64,000 nt of DNA from an uncultured delta proteobacterium (GTDB lineage Bacteria; Myxococcota; Myxococcia; Myxococcales; Anaeromyxobacteraceae). Every line of letters begins with the position of its first letter. Position 1 is the stretch's first letter. The stretch is from positions 544,001-608,000 of the forward strand of contig CAVYBH010000008.1 of NCBI GenBank assembly GCA_963766715.1, given 5' to 3'. The notes below the pieces were generated by a model that was not told the origin of the DNA, made no database searches, and was given only the letters and a program-made list of their open reading frames with translations. The position numbers and the translations under genes are program-made. Below, piece after piece: positions 20,446 to 31,404 of this stretch.

Positions 20446-21208
20446 TCAGTGTCCTCCGGGGAAGCGGGTGGCCAGGATGCCCGCGACGGCGCCGGCCGCC
20501 AGCGCGACGTAGGCGGTGGGCAGGAGCCGCGCGCGCAGGCGGAGGGCCAGGAGCCCCGCCGCGGCGGCGACGAGCGTCACCGCGCCGCCGGCGAGCGCCC
20601 AGCCGGCCGGTCGCGAGGAGCGCCAGGAGCCCCGCGCCCACGCCGGCGAGCACGACGCCGCCGTTGCGCAGCCGGCCGGCCCAGGCCGGGAGCGAGAGGG
20701 AGGCCAGCCGCAGCACCACCGCGTCGCCCGCCCGGTAGCCGGCCCGGAAGAGGCTCCAGCGCAGCCACAGGTGGAGCACGTTGTAGAGGAGGAGTGCGGC
20801 GACCAGCGCCGGCCAGCCCAGCGCCAGCGTGCCCACCGCGGCCAGCGCGCCGAAGAAGGGGCGCAGCCCGGCCCAGAAGAACCCGTCGCCCACCGCGGCG
20901 AGCGGCCCCTGCAGCACCTGCTTGTACTCGAGCGGCGCGCCGGTGGGCTCCTCGCCCGCGGCCACCCGCTCCTCGTGGTGGATGGCCCCGCCGACGATGG
21001 CGGCGGCCGTGTAGGGGTGGCAGTTGAAGGTGGCCAGGTGCCGTCGCAGCGCGGCGTTCCGCGCGCCGGGGTCGACGTAGAGGCGGCGAAGCGCCGGATC
21101 GATGGCGTAGGCGAAGCCCAGGTTCTGCATCCCGCGGCGGTTCCAGGCCGCCTGCAGGAAGAGGCACCGCCAGAAGACGCGCCGGAGCGTGGAGGCGGGG
21201 ACGCTCAC
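20446..21208 (-). CDS. PTS mannose/fructose/sorbose family EIID; frameshift near 20600
   Basis: LQAAWNRRGMQNLGF, FNCHPY, GPLAAVGDGFFW. Confidence 0.88.
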
Positions 21209-21900
21209 CGGATCCCCCCGGCCAGCCAGCCCACCGCGACCGTGAAGGCGGCCGCCCCGGCGAAGAGCCCCACGCCGTGCTGGCTGCGGAAGGCCTGCGC
21301 CCCGGCCGCGGCGGCGACGCCGGTCAGCGCCGCCCATCCGTAGGCGAGCGGTCCGCTGGCGAGCGGCATCTCGTGGAGCACGCCGGGGATCACCCAGGCC
21401 GCGAGCCCCGCCGCCGCCGGCGCGAGCAGCGCCGAGACCGCGAAGGGCGGGAGGAGCCCGTAGAGGTTGGCGCGCATGGCGGCGCCCGGTGCGCCGCGAT
21501 CGAGGAGCGCCTCGGCCCGGGCGGCGAGCCGCACGTTCCACTCCTCGATGGCCCGGTCGGTCGTGCGCCCCACCGTGGCGAGCGCGCCCACGAGCGCCAG
21601 CGCCAGCGCCGCGACGGCCGGTGTGACGCCGGTGCCGAGCCCCTTGCCGGCGAGCACCGCGCCGGCGGCGATGGCCACGGTCCCGAGCGCCTCGTTGGGC
21701 GGGAGCGAGGCTCCCATGTTCACCGCCCCGAGCCAGAGCAGCTCGAGCGGCGCCCCGACGAGCAGCCCGCCGGACGGGTCGCCGAGCGCGAGCCCGGTGA
21801 TGGGCGCGAGCGCGATCGGTCGGGCGAGCATCGCCTGCAGGAAGCCCTTTCGCTCCACCGCCGCGAGGCCAGCCACCAGGGCAACGACGAGGTATTCCAC
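21205..21900 (-). CDS. PTS mannose family EIIC
   Basis: RPIALAPITGLALGDPSGGLLVGAPLELLWLG..GASLPPN. Confidence 0.88.
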   Translation of the reverse strand: MEYLVVALVAGLAAVERKGFLQAMLARPIALAPITGLALGDPSGGLLVGAPLELLWLGAVNMGASLPPNEALGTVAIAAGAVLAGKGLGTGVTPAVAALALALVGALATVGRTTDRAIEEWNVRLAARAEALLDRGAPGAAMRANLYGLLPPFAVSALLAPAAAGLAAWVIPGVLHEMPLASGPLAYGWAALTGVAAAAGAQAFRSQHGVGLFAGAAAFTVAVGWLAGGIR

Positions 21901-21915
21901 GCGGGCCGGATCCTA

Positions 21916-22411
21916 TCAGCCGCCGGCGTTCCAGCGCCGCTCGATCTCGGCCAGCTCCACCGGCGCGTCGAGGGGCACGGCCCGGGCCTCGACCCGGAAG
22001 CCCGCCGCGGCCAGGCGCCGCAGTGCGTCGATCTCCGGAGCGGACAGGAAGACGGAGGGCGTGATCTGCCGTCTTTCCTGGGAATAGTGCACGTTTCCGA
22101 CGTTCAGCACCGGGGCCCGGGCCGGCGTCATCCCGGCGGCGAAGGCCCGCTCGGCCTCGGCGGTGTCCCGGACGACGACCAGGACGGGCTCGGTCGAGGC
22201 GGCCAGCGCCTCCCAGTCGACCGCCGCCGGCCGGCACCACCTCGGCCTCGACGCCGGGGGGCAGGGCCAGCGTCATGGCGGCCTGGGCGAGCGGGCTCCG
22301 GGACACCTCCTCGTCGGCCACCACCACCCGTCGCGCGCCGAGGTGCGGGACCCAGCCCACGAGCACCTGCCCGTGGACCAGCCGCTCGTCGATGCGCGCC
22401 AGCGCGATCAT
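21916..22411 (-). CDS. PTS mannose family EIIB; frameshift near 22230
   Basis: RIDERLVHGQV; LNVGNVHY...SVFLS in the second frame. Confidence 0.88.
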
Positions 22412-22848
22412 GCCCCTCCCCCGCCGCCGGGCCCGGCGTCGCCGGACACCTTGGGGCGAAGGACCTCGCTCGCCAGGGTGATGTTCTTCTGGCCGTACGC
22501 GCAGATGAGCCGGGCCACGTCGCCGAGCCGGGCCCCGGGCGCCCGGCAGGTGGAGAGCTTGAGCAGCATGGGCAGGTTCACGCCGGCGACCACGTCCACC
22601 GTGTCGCCGAGGAAGCCCAGCGCCAGGTTGGCGGGCGTCCCGCCCAGCATGTCGGTGAGGACGAGCACGCCCTCCCCCTCGTCCACGTCCCGGATGGCGG
22701 CGGCGATCGCCTCCCGGGCCGCCTCGAGGGGGACCGAGGACGACACCGAGACCGCCCGCGCCCGCGGGAGCGGACCGACGATCCCCTCCGCGCAGGCCAG
22801 GGACTCCTCGGCGAGCCTGCCATGGGTCGCGATCACCACTCCGATCAT
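22408..22848 (-). CDS. PTS mannose family EIIA
   Basis: VIATHG, LTDMLGGTPAN, GVNLPML. Confidence 0.9.
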   Translation of the reverse strand: MIGVVIATHGRLAEESLACAEGIVGPLPRARAVSVSSSVPLEAAREAIAAAIRDVDEGEGVLVLTDMLGGTPANLALGFLGDTVDVVAGVNLPMLLKLSTCRAPGARLGDVARLICAYGQKNITLASEVLRPKVSGDAGPGGGGGA

Positions 22849-22854
22849 CGCCGT

Positions 22855-23750
22855 TCACTCCTTGTCAACGTCGCGGTGCCAGACGCGCACCGGGATGCCG
22901 CGCTTGCCCAGGCGCGCGGCCAGCTCCGCGGCGATGGCCACCGAGCGATGTCGCCCCCCGGTGCAGCCGATGGCCAGGGTGAGGTAGGTCTTCCCCTCGG
23001 CCCGGTAGCGGGGGATGAGGAAGCCGGCCAGGTCCTCGGCCTTCTCCAGGAACCGCTGGGCGTCCTCCTGCCCGAGGACGAAGTCGCGCACCCGGGGCTC
23101 GGTGCCCGGAAAGGGCTTCAGCTCGGGGACGAAGTACGGGTTGGGCAGGAAGCGGACGTCGAGGACCATGTCGGCGTGGGCGGGGATGCCGGCCCGGAAG
23201 CCGAAGGAGACGAGGGTCACGCCCATGGCGTCGGCGCCGGGGCCCACGAAGCGGTTGTGCACGAGCCGCTTCAGCTCGTGCACGTTGAGGCGCGTGGTGT
23301 CGATCACCTCGTCGGCCGCGGCGCGGAGCCCGGCCAGCGCCTTGCGCTCGGCGGCGATGCCCTCGGGCACGCTGCCCGAGTCGCCGGCCAGCGGGTGGCG
23401 GCGGCGGGTCTCCGAGTAGCGGCGGATGAGCGAATCGTCCGTGGAGTCGAAGAAGAGGACGCTGACGTGGGCCCCCTTCCGCCGGAGGTCCTCGACCACC
23501 CGGGGCGCCTCGGGCAGGAAGCGCTGCTCCCGGGCGTCGACCACCAGCGCGATCCGGGACACCTCGCCGGCGGTGTGGCTGGAGAGCTCGAGCAGCTTCT
23601 CCAGGAAGACGATGGGGAAGTTGTCGACGCAGTAGAAGCCGCCGTCCTCCAGCGCCCGCAGCGCCGTGCTCTTCCCGGAGCCGGACACGCCGGTCAGGAT
23701 CACGACGTGGGTCTGCGGCGAGCCGCGGACCTCCTCGGGCTTCACCGGGC

Positions 23751-23754
<4 letters not shown>
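22855..23754 (-). CDS. rapZ: RNase adapter / P-loop protein RapZ (YvcJ)
   Basis: [51 protein letters not shown]. Confidence 0.93.
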
Positions 23755-24716
<962 letters not shown>

Positions 24717-24866
24717 CGACGCGGAGTCTAACGCGCACCCCGGGCCGCGTCGACCGGACGGCCGGGAGCCTCCGCCCGGGCACGGGCCCTCCGGACGGGG
24801 CGTGGGCCCGCCCTGGAACCTTTCGTTGACGGGGGTGCGGCGCGACCCTTAGATCCGTCGCGCGGA

Positions 24867-25839
24867 ATGCGCGCCCGGATCCTCTACCATGCGAACTGCT
24901 TCGACGGCTGCGCCTCGGCGGCGCTGCTGGGGCGCTTCCTCCAGGCGCGCGAGGGGGCCCGGCTCACCGCGATCGAGCACCTGCCGGTGCAGCACCAGCC
25001 GGGAGATCCCATTCCCCCGGGCGCCCTGTCCGCCGACGTGAACGCCATCGTCGATTTCCGGTACTCCACCTCGCCGCGGCTCGACTGGTGGTTCGACCAC
25101 CACGCGAGCGCCTTCCAGCCGGCCTCCGACCGGGCCCACTTCGAGGCCGACCGCTCCGGCCAGCGCTTCTGGGACCCGGCCGCACCCTCCTGCACCGGCT
25201 TCATCGCGCGGGTGACGCGCGAGCGATTCGGGTTCGAGGCGCCCGACCTGGCCGAGCTGGTGCGGTGGGCCGACGTGATCGACGCCGCCAGCTTCCCGTC
25301 CGCCGACGTGGCGGTGAAGCTCGAGGAGCCGGCGCTTGCGCATCATGACCTTCCTCGAGTCGACCCGCGACCCCGAGGCGCCGGGGCGGCTCATCGAGGC
25401 GCTCCGCACCCGGCCGCTCGCCGAGGTGGCGGCGCTGCCCTGGGTGAAGGAGCCGCTCGCGCCGGTGCTCGACCGCCACTTCCGCTCCATCGACGCCATC
25501 CGCGCCGCGGCGCGGCTCGAGGACGGGGTGGCCGTGCTGGACCTGGCGGCGGCCGGCCTGGAGGCCGGGAACAAGTTCGTCCTCTACTGGCTCTTCCCCC
25601 AGGCCCGCTACACGGTCACGGTCTCCCACGATCCCAAGCGCGCCAAGGTCTCGGTGGGCTCGAACCCCTGGGCGCGGCCCGAGCGGGCCCACGACATCTC
25701 CCGGATCTGCGAGCGCTACGGCGGCGGCGGCCACCCGGTGGTCGGCGCGGTGTCGCTCGACCCGGGCCGCCTCGACGAGGCCCGGCGCATCGCCTCCGAG
25801 ATCGTCACCACGCTCCAGGGCCCGCCGGAGGGCGCATGA
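24867..25839 (+). CDS. DHH/DHHA1 family phosphoesterase; frameshift near 25340
   Basis: [17 protein letters not shown]-terminal [10 protein letters not shown]. Confidence 0.8.
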
Positions 25840-26216
25840 CGCCCGGCCAGTACATCCTGGTGGTCGACGACGACGACGACTTCCGCGAGGCCCTCTGCGA
25901 GGTGGTCTCCGAGGCCGGCTACCCGGTGGAGCAGGCCGAGAACGGCGAGGTGGCGCTCGCGCGCATCGCCGCCGAGGCGCCGGGCATCGTCCTGCTCGAC
26001 CTCAAGATGCCGGTGCTCGACGGCTGGGGGGTGGTCGAGCGGCTCCGGAAGGACCCGGCCACGGCGGCCATCCCGGTGCTCATCCTCTCGGCCTACGGGT
26101 TCGAGTGGGAGTCGGAGCTGCTCGGCGCGCAGGGCTTCATCCCGAAGAGCGTCGGCATGGAGGAGATCCTCGACCGCCTCCGGCGCGTCGCGGGACCTCC
26201 GCCCATGCACCACTGA
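25836..26216 (+). CDS. single-domain response regulator receiver
   Basis: ILVVDDDD, LLDLKMPVLDG, IPVLILSA, FIPK; ATGA overlap with DHH gene. Confidence 0.88.
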   Translation: MTPGQYILVVDDDDDFREALCEVVSEAGYPVEQAENGEVALARIAAEAPGIVLLDLKMPVLDGWGVVERLRKDPATAAIPVLILSAYGFEWESELLGAQGFIPKSVGMEEILDRLRRVAGPPPMHH

Positions 26217-26236
26217 TCCAGCGCCCCCGAGGCCAC

Positions 26237-26671
26237 ATGCTCTCCATCGTCCTCTTCCTGCACTCAATCCTCCGCTGGGCCGTCCTCCTCGCCGCCGGCT
26301 GGGCCACGCTCGCCGCGCTGCAGGGAGGGGGCGCCGGCCGGAGCTGGACGCGCCGGGCGCGCGTCCCGGGCGTCGTGCTCGCCGCCGTGGCGGACCTCCA
26401 GCTGCTGCTCGGCCTGGCCCTCTGGCTCGCGCTGTCCCCCTACGCCATCACCCGCGGCATCCAGTCGCACTACTGGTCGCTCGCCCACCCGCTCCTGGGC
26501 ATCACGGTGGTGGTGCTCGTGCACGTGGGGAGCGTCCTCGTCCGGCGCCGGCTCGACGACGGCGCGCGCTGGCGGACCGCGGCCCGCTTCTACGGCGCGG
26601 CGCTGGCCGTGGCGCTCCTCGCCGTTCCCTGGCCGTTCCTGTCCTCGGGCCGCTCGCTCCTGCCGTTCTAG
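26237..26671 (+). CDS. small 4-TM membrane protein
   Basis: LHSILRW..DLQLLLGL..HP..H..VPWPF; four hydrophobic segments with His residues. Confidence 0.7.
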   Translation: MLSIVLFLHSILRWAVLLAAGWATLAALQGGGAGRSWTRRARVPGVVLAAVADLQLLLGLALWLALSPYAITRGIQSHYWSLAHPLLGITVVVLVHVGSVLVRRRLDDGARWRTAARFYGAALAVALLAVPWPFLSSGRSLLPF

Positions 26672-26678
26672 CGCCCGG

Positions 26679-27900
26679 CTACCCGTCCCGGCCGCCGCGC
26701 GTGGGCCAGCGGATCCGGGCCCGCAGGGTCTCCGGCGCGTGCTCCGCCAGCGTGGCCGGCTTCACCGCCCCCTCGCCGAAGCGATCGGCGAGCGCGTCGA
26801 TGGCCGCGTTCAGGGCCGCCCGCTTCCCGTCCGTCGGCGCGTCCGCGCCGAAGAGGCCGAGCTGGGCCGATCCCTCGTCGAAGCCGGAGACCGCCACGCC
26901 GGTCAGCCGCACCGGCCGCGACAGGTCGGCCCGGGAGAGGTCCTCCCGGATGGCCCGGTAGATCTCGGCGGCGTCGTCGGTGCCGGCGCCGAGCGTGGCC
27001 CGGCGGGTGACCTGCTCGAAGTCGGCGTACTTCACCTTGAGTGTCACGGTGCGCCCGCGCAGCCCGGCCTCGCGCAGCCGGCGGGCCACCCGCACGCACT
27101 GGTCGAGCAGCTGGGGCAGGAGCGCCTGCTCGCCCGGCCAGGTCCCGCTCGAAGGTGTCCTCGGCGCCGATCGACTTGGCCTCCTCGTCCGGGACCACGG
27201 TCCGGGGGTCGTCCCCGCGGGCGAGCGCCCGCATGTGCGCTCCCTGCGAGCCGAACCGCTCCACGAGCACCTGCTCGGGGAACCGGGCCAGCTCCCCGAT
27301 GGTGGCGATGCCCAGCGCGCGCAGCGCCTGCTCCGTCACCCGGCCCACGCCCCACAGGCGCGAGACGGGCAGGGGCGCCAGGAACCGTGCCGTCTCTCCG
27401 GGCGGGACGGCGACGAGCCCGTCCGGCTTGCCCAGGTCGGAGGCGATCTTCGCCGCCATCTTGCAGTCGGCGATCCCGGCCGAGACGGTGAGCCCGGTGC
27501 CGGCGCGGACCTCCCGCTTCAGGGCGGCGGCGATGGCCTCCGGCTCCCCGTGCAGCGCGCGGCTGGCCGTCACGTCGAGGAAGGCCTCGTCGAGGGAGAG
27601 CGGCTCGACGAGCGGGGTGTAGCGCCGGTAGAGGCCGAACACGGCGCGGGACAGCTCGCCGTATCGCTCGAAGCGCGGCGGGAGGAACACGCCGTCCGGG
27701 CAGCGGCGCCGCGCCTCGGCGGTGGGCATGGCGGAGCGGACGCCGAAGCGCCGCGCCTCGTAGCTCGCCGCGCAGACCACGCCGCGCCCCGAGGTGCCCC
27801 CCACGATCACCGGGCGTCCGCGAAGCCCGGGGTCGTCGAGCTGCTCGACCGACGCGTAGAAGGCGTCCAGGTCGAGGTGGAGGATGGCGGGCACACCCAT
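26679..27900 (-). CDS. dinB: DNA polymerase IV; frameshift near 27140
   Basis: HLDLDAFYASVEQ, SYEARRFGVRSAM, SLDEAFLD, KPDG, KSIGAEDTF; little-finger TVTLKVKYADF..VRLTGV in second frame. Confidence 0.93.
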
Positions 27901-27994
27901 CCTCTATCACCGCCCTCCCCCGCCCCCCGGGCCTCGGGCCCCTCCTCCGGGTAGCCCCCATTGGGTCCACATTCACCCGGGCCAGGGATAATCG

Positions 27995-28042
27995 TGGACC
28001 TTATAGGTCCATCTTGACGTGAATCAATTATTGTCCGACAAT
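27995..28042 (+). promoter_or_regulatory. tetR promoter with three stacked palindromes
   Basis: TTGACG-N17-GACAAT; TGGACCT-TAT-AGGTCCA (27995-28011), TTGAC-N4-ATCAA (28014-28027), ATTGTC-C-GACAAT (28030-28042). Confidence 0.65.
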
Positions 28043-28074
28043 TCTCGGTCTCAGCAGGGCAGAGGAGGTGCTTC

Positions 28075-28692
28075 ATGGAAGCGACTGGCACGACACCTGG
28101 AGCGGCTCCGGGAGGGCGCATCGCCTCGCGTCTCTGGACCGCGGCCCGGACCGAGTTCTCCAGCCGGGGATATCACGGCGCACGCGTGCAGGGCATCGCC
28201 AAGCGGGCCGGCTGTAACGTGGCGCTTCTCTATCGCCACTGGGCGTCGAAGCGGGCGCTCTACGTCGAGATCCTGAAGTCCATCTGGGTCGAGGGCGCCG
28301 AGCAGATCGGCGGCATGCTCGAGACGTCGGGCGGGGCCCGGGGCGTGGTGTCCGCCTACCTCGAGACGCGCATGAAGGACCCCGAGGCCTCCCAGATCGT
28401 GATCCGGGAGCTCCTCGACGGCGGTCCCTTCCTCCGCGAGATCATCGCGGCCGACCCCACCGTCGTGCAGCCCATGAAGCGGGTCGCCGAGGTGCTGCGC
28501 CAGGGCAACGGCCACCAGCTCCGCGCCGGCGTCGACGCCGAGATGGCCGCGCTGACCATCGCCGGCTTCGCCGCGCTGGTCGGTGCGGCGCACGACTCGG
28601 CCCAGGCCTTCTTCGAGACCGGGTCGCCGTCGAGCGACAGCTGGAAGTCGCACGTCTCGGACCTGCTGCTGCACGGTCTCGAGGCCACCTAA
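28075..28692 (+). CDS. TetR/AcrR family transcriptional regulator
   Basis: AARTEFSSRGYHGARVQGIAKRAGCNVALLYRHWASKRALY HTH; AGGAGG RBS. Confidence 0.9.
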   Translation: MEATGTTPGAAPGGRIASRLWTAARTEFSSRGYHGARVQGIAKRAGCNVALLYRHWASKRALYVEILKSIWVEGAEQIGGMLETSGGARGVVSAYLETRMKDPEASQIVIRELLDGGPFLREIIAADPTVVQPMKRVAEVLRQGNGHQLRAGVDAEMAALTIAGFAALVGAAHDSAQAFFETGSPSSDSWKSHVSDLLLHGLEAT

Positions 28693-28752
28693 GCAGACCG
28701 CGGACGCTCGCGGCTCTTGGCCGCGCGCCTGCCCGGCGCTACCTTGCGGGCC

Positions 28753-29868
28753 ATGGGATCGGACGTGGTGGTGGTCGGCGCCGGCCTGCAGGGCTGCGGG
28801 GTGGCGCTCCGGCTCGCCCAGGCGGGATGGAACGTGCGGGTGCTCGAGCGGAGCATCCCGGGCGCGGAGGCCTCGAGCGCGGCCGGGGGCATCCTCTCGC
28901 CGGGCGTCGAGGCCGAGCCCGGCCCATTCCACGATCTGTGCGAGCAGTCGCTGGGCCGCTGGCGGAGCTTCGCCGAGGAGGTGGAGCGCCTCTCCGGGAC
29001 CTGGGTCGGCTTCCGCGCCGGCGGCACGCTGGAGGTCTCGCTCGACGACCGCTTCACGCCGGTGCTGGCCTCGCGCGCCGCGCAGCTCGAGCGGGCCGGG
29101 CTCGACGTGGAGATCCTCGACGGCGAAGGCGCCCGCCGCCTCGAGCCGGGGCTCTCCCCGGAGACCCGCGGCGCGCTCTTCTTCCCTTCCGAGGCCTCGG
29201 TGGACCCGCGCCTCCTCGGGCGCGCGCTCCACGCCGCGGCGGCGCGGGCGGGCGCCGTCTTCGTGCAGGGACAGGTCCGCGGGATCGCGACCGAGGCCGG
29301 GCGCGTCGTGGGCGTCGACCACGAATCGGGCCGGCTCCCGGCGGATGCGGTGGTGCTCGCCGCCGGCGCCTGGTCGATGCAGGTGGAGGGCAACGACCTG
29401 CCGGCCGGGGCGGTGCGCCCGGTCCGCGGCCAGATCGCCGTGCTCGACACGCGCCCCCCGCTCCTCTCCCGGGTGGTCTTCTCCGACAAGGGCTACGTGG
29501 TGCCTCGCCCGGACGGGCGCGTCCTCTGCGGCTCCACCATGGAGGAGGCGGGGTTCGAGAAGGCGGTGACCGCCGGCGGCCTGCTGCGCGTCCTGGAGCT
29601 GGCCGTGGAGGTGGCGCCCGGCCTCGCCAGCGCACCGGTGGTGGAGACCTGGTCCAACTTCCGGCCGGCCACCCCCGACGGCCTGCCCATCCTCGGGCCG
29701 GGGCGCGTGGCCGGGCTCTTCTACGCCACCGGCCACTACCGCAACGGGGTGCTGCTCACCCCGGTCACCGCCGACGCCGTGAGCGCCGCCGTCCTGGGGC
29801 GCGCCACGCCGGTCGACCTGGCGCCCTTCGGGCCGGCGCGGCTCGCGCCCCGGGGGCCGCCGCGATGA
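28753..29868 (+). CDS. thiO: glycine oxidase ThiO-like FAD oxidoreductase
   Basis: VVGAGLQG, ASSAAGGIL, RPVRGQ, FRPATPDGLPILG, GHYRNGVLLTP. Confidence 0.85.
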   Translation: MGSDVVVVGAGLQGCGVALRLAQAGWNVRVLERSIPGAEASSAAGGILSPGVEAEPGPFHDLCEQSLGRWRSFAEEVERLSGTWVGFRAGGTLEVSLDDRFTPVLASRAAQLERAGLDVEILDGEGARRLEPGLSPETRGALFFPSEASVDPRLLGRALHAAAARAGAVFVQGQVRGIATEAGRVVGVDHESGRLPADAVVLAAGAWSMQVEGNDLPAGAVRPVRGQIAVLDTRPPLLSRVVFSDKGYVVPRPDGRVLCGSTMEEAGFEKAVTAGGLLRVLELAVEVAPGLASAPVVETWSNFRPATPDGLPILGPGRVAGLFYATGHYRNGVLLTPVTADAVSAAVLGRATPVDLAPFGPARLAPRGPPR

Positions 29869-31085
29869 GCCGTGCCGCCCTCGCGCTGGCTGCGCTCCTC
29901 CTCTCGGCCGCCTGCACCGCGAGGACGCCGGAGGCGGCTCCGTCCGACGGAGGCCATCACGGCCGACCCTCGCCGGAGCGGGCCGGAACCCAGCTCGACC
30001 AGGTGCGGGCGCCCCCCGGTCCCTGCCTGCCGGGGCGAGCCGACGCGGCGCCGCGCGAGCTCGTGGCCGCCGCCGCCCACGCCCGGGAGGCGGGCGCTCC
30101 GGAGCGGGCGCTGGCCTGCGCCGACGAGGCGCTCGAGCTCGCCCCGCGCGACCGGGCTCCCCTGCTGGAACGGGCCCAGGCCCTCGCCGACCTCGATCGC
30201 GAGCCGGACGCCCGCGCCGCGCTGGCCCGCGCGCTGGCCGCCGACCCGGACGACCCGCGGACCCTGCTCGTGGCGGCCGACCTGCACGTGACCCGGTTCG
30301 GCGACCGCGACTCGCTCGAGGCCGGGCGCGACCTCGCCCTTCGCGGCGCGGCCCGCGCCCTCTCCGGCCCCGGCGCCGAGCCCTCGCTCGCCCCGCGCCT
30401 GCTCGTGCTGGCCGGCATGGCGGAGAACGACCTGGGGCGGAGCCGCGAGGCCCTCGACCACGTCGAGCGCGCGCTGGCCGTCGATCCGCGGGACACCGAC
30501 GCGCTCTACGAGCGGGGCGTGGCCCTCTTCGAGCTGTGCCGCTTCGCCTCGGCCCGCCGGGCCTTCGAGCGGGTCCTGCGCCACGCGCCGCGCGACGCCT
30601 GGTCGCTCCACCACCTGGGGCTCATCGCCGAGCGCGCCGGGGAGGACCGGCGATCCCGGGAGCTCCTGGGCCGCGCCGCCCGGCTGGCGCCCCGGGAGTT
30701 CCGCCCCCCGGTGGAGATGGGCCTGCCCGCCTTCGAGGCGGAGCTGAAGCGCGCCATCGCCGAGCTTCCGGCGCCGGAGCGGGAGGCGCTCGCCGGCGTG
30801 CCGGTGGAGGTGGAGGAGATCCCGGCGCTGGCCGACCTGACGGCGGTCGAGCCGCCGCTCTCGCCGTCCATCCTCGGCCTCTTCCGGGGGCCGTCGCTCT
30901 CCGAGCCCTGCGGGCCCTCGGAGGGACCCCGGTGCCGCTCCATCGTCCTCTACCGGCGCAACCTCCTGCGCTTCGCCCGCGACCGGGAGCAGCTCGTCGA
31001 GCAGGTCCGGGTCACGCTCCTCCACGAGCTGGGGCACCTTCACGGAGAGAGCGACGAGGCCCTGCGGGGGCGCGGCCTGGAGTGA
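29865..31085 (+). CDS. TPR-repeat lipoprotein with C-terminal Zincin_1 (DUF1025) metallopeptidase domain
   Basis: LSAAC lipobox, TPR-like helices, ILGLFRG..IVLYRRNL..VTLLHELGHLHG. Confidence 0.8.
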   Translation: MSRAALALAALLLSAACTARTPEAAPSDGGHHGRPSPERAGTQLDQVRAPPGPCLPGRADAAPRELVAAAAHAREAGAPERALACADEALELAPRDRAPLLERAQALADLDREPDARAALARALAADPDDPRTLLVAADLHVTRFGDRDSLEAGRDLALRGAARALSGPGAEPSLAPRLLVLAGMAENDLGRSREALDHVERALAVDPRDTDALYERGVALFELCRFASARRAFERVLRHAPRDAWSLHHLGLIAERAGEDRRSRELLGRAARLAPREFRPPVEMGLPAFEAELKRAIAELPAPEREALAGVPVEVEEIPALADLTAVEPPLSPSILGLFRGPSLSEPCGPSEGPRCRSIVLYRRNLLRFARDREQLVEQVRVTLLHELGHLHGESDEALRGRGLE

Positions 31086-31151
31086 GCCGGGCGGGAGCCC
31101 GCCGCACGAGATCGTTGAAGGTCCGGGCCCCACGTGCTAATCGGCACGTCC

Positions 31152-31385
31152 ATGTGGGACACCAACCTGTGGGCTCCCTGGGGGCTCATCCACACCATGC
31201 GCGACGGCTCGCCGATGCTGACCGAGACCAGCCTGTGGTTCCTCGTCCAGCGCCATCCGGATTCGGTGGAGACCGACGGCGACGGCTACTGGATCTACCT
31301 CGACCAGCCGTACCGGGCCGATCGGGTCGCCGACCGGGCCTTCTACCGGCTCGTGCCGTCCCCGTCGCGCAAGCGCGGCAACTGA
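31152..31385 (+). CDS. small hypothetical aromatic-rich protein (77 aa)
   Basis: MWDTNLWAPWGLIH...YWIYLDQPY; GC3-biased codons, fills the intergenic space. Confidence 0.6.
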   Translation: MWDTNLWAPWGLIHTMRDGSPMLTETSLWFLVQRHPDSVETDGDGYWIYLDQPYRADRVADRAFYRLVPSPSRKRGN

Positions 31386-31404
31386 GACCCGCCCCGCCGG
31401 CGCC

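Noticed and set aside
27901..28000. LexA/SOS box upstream of dinB
   Set aside because: No match to the CTGT-N8-ACAG, GAAC-N4-GTTC or myxobacterial-type boxes was recognised.
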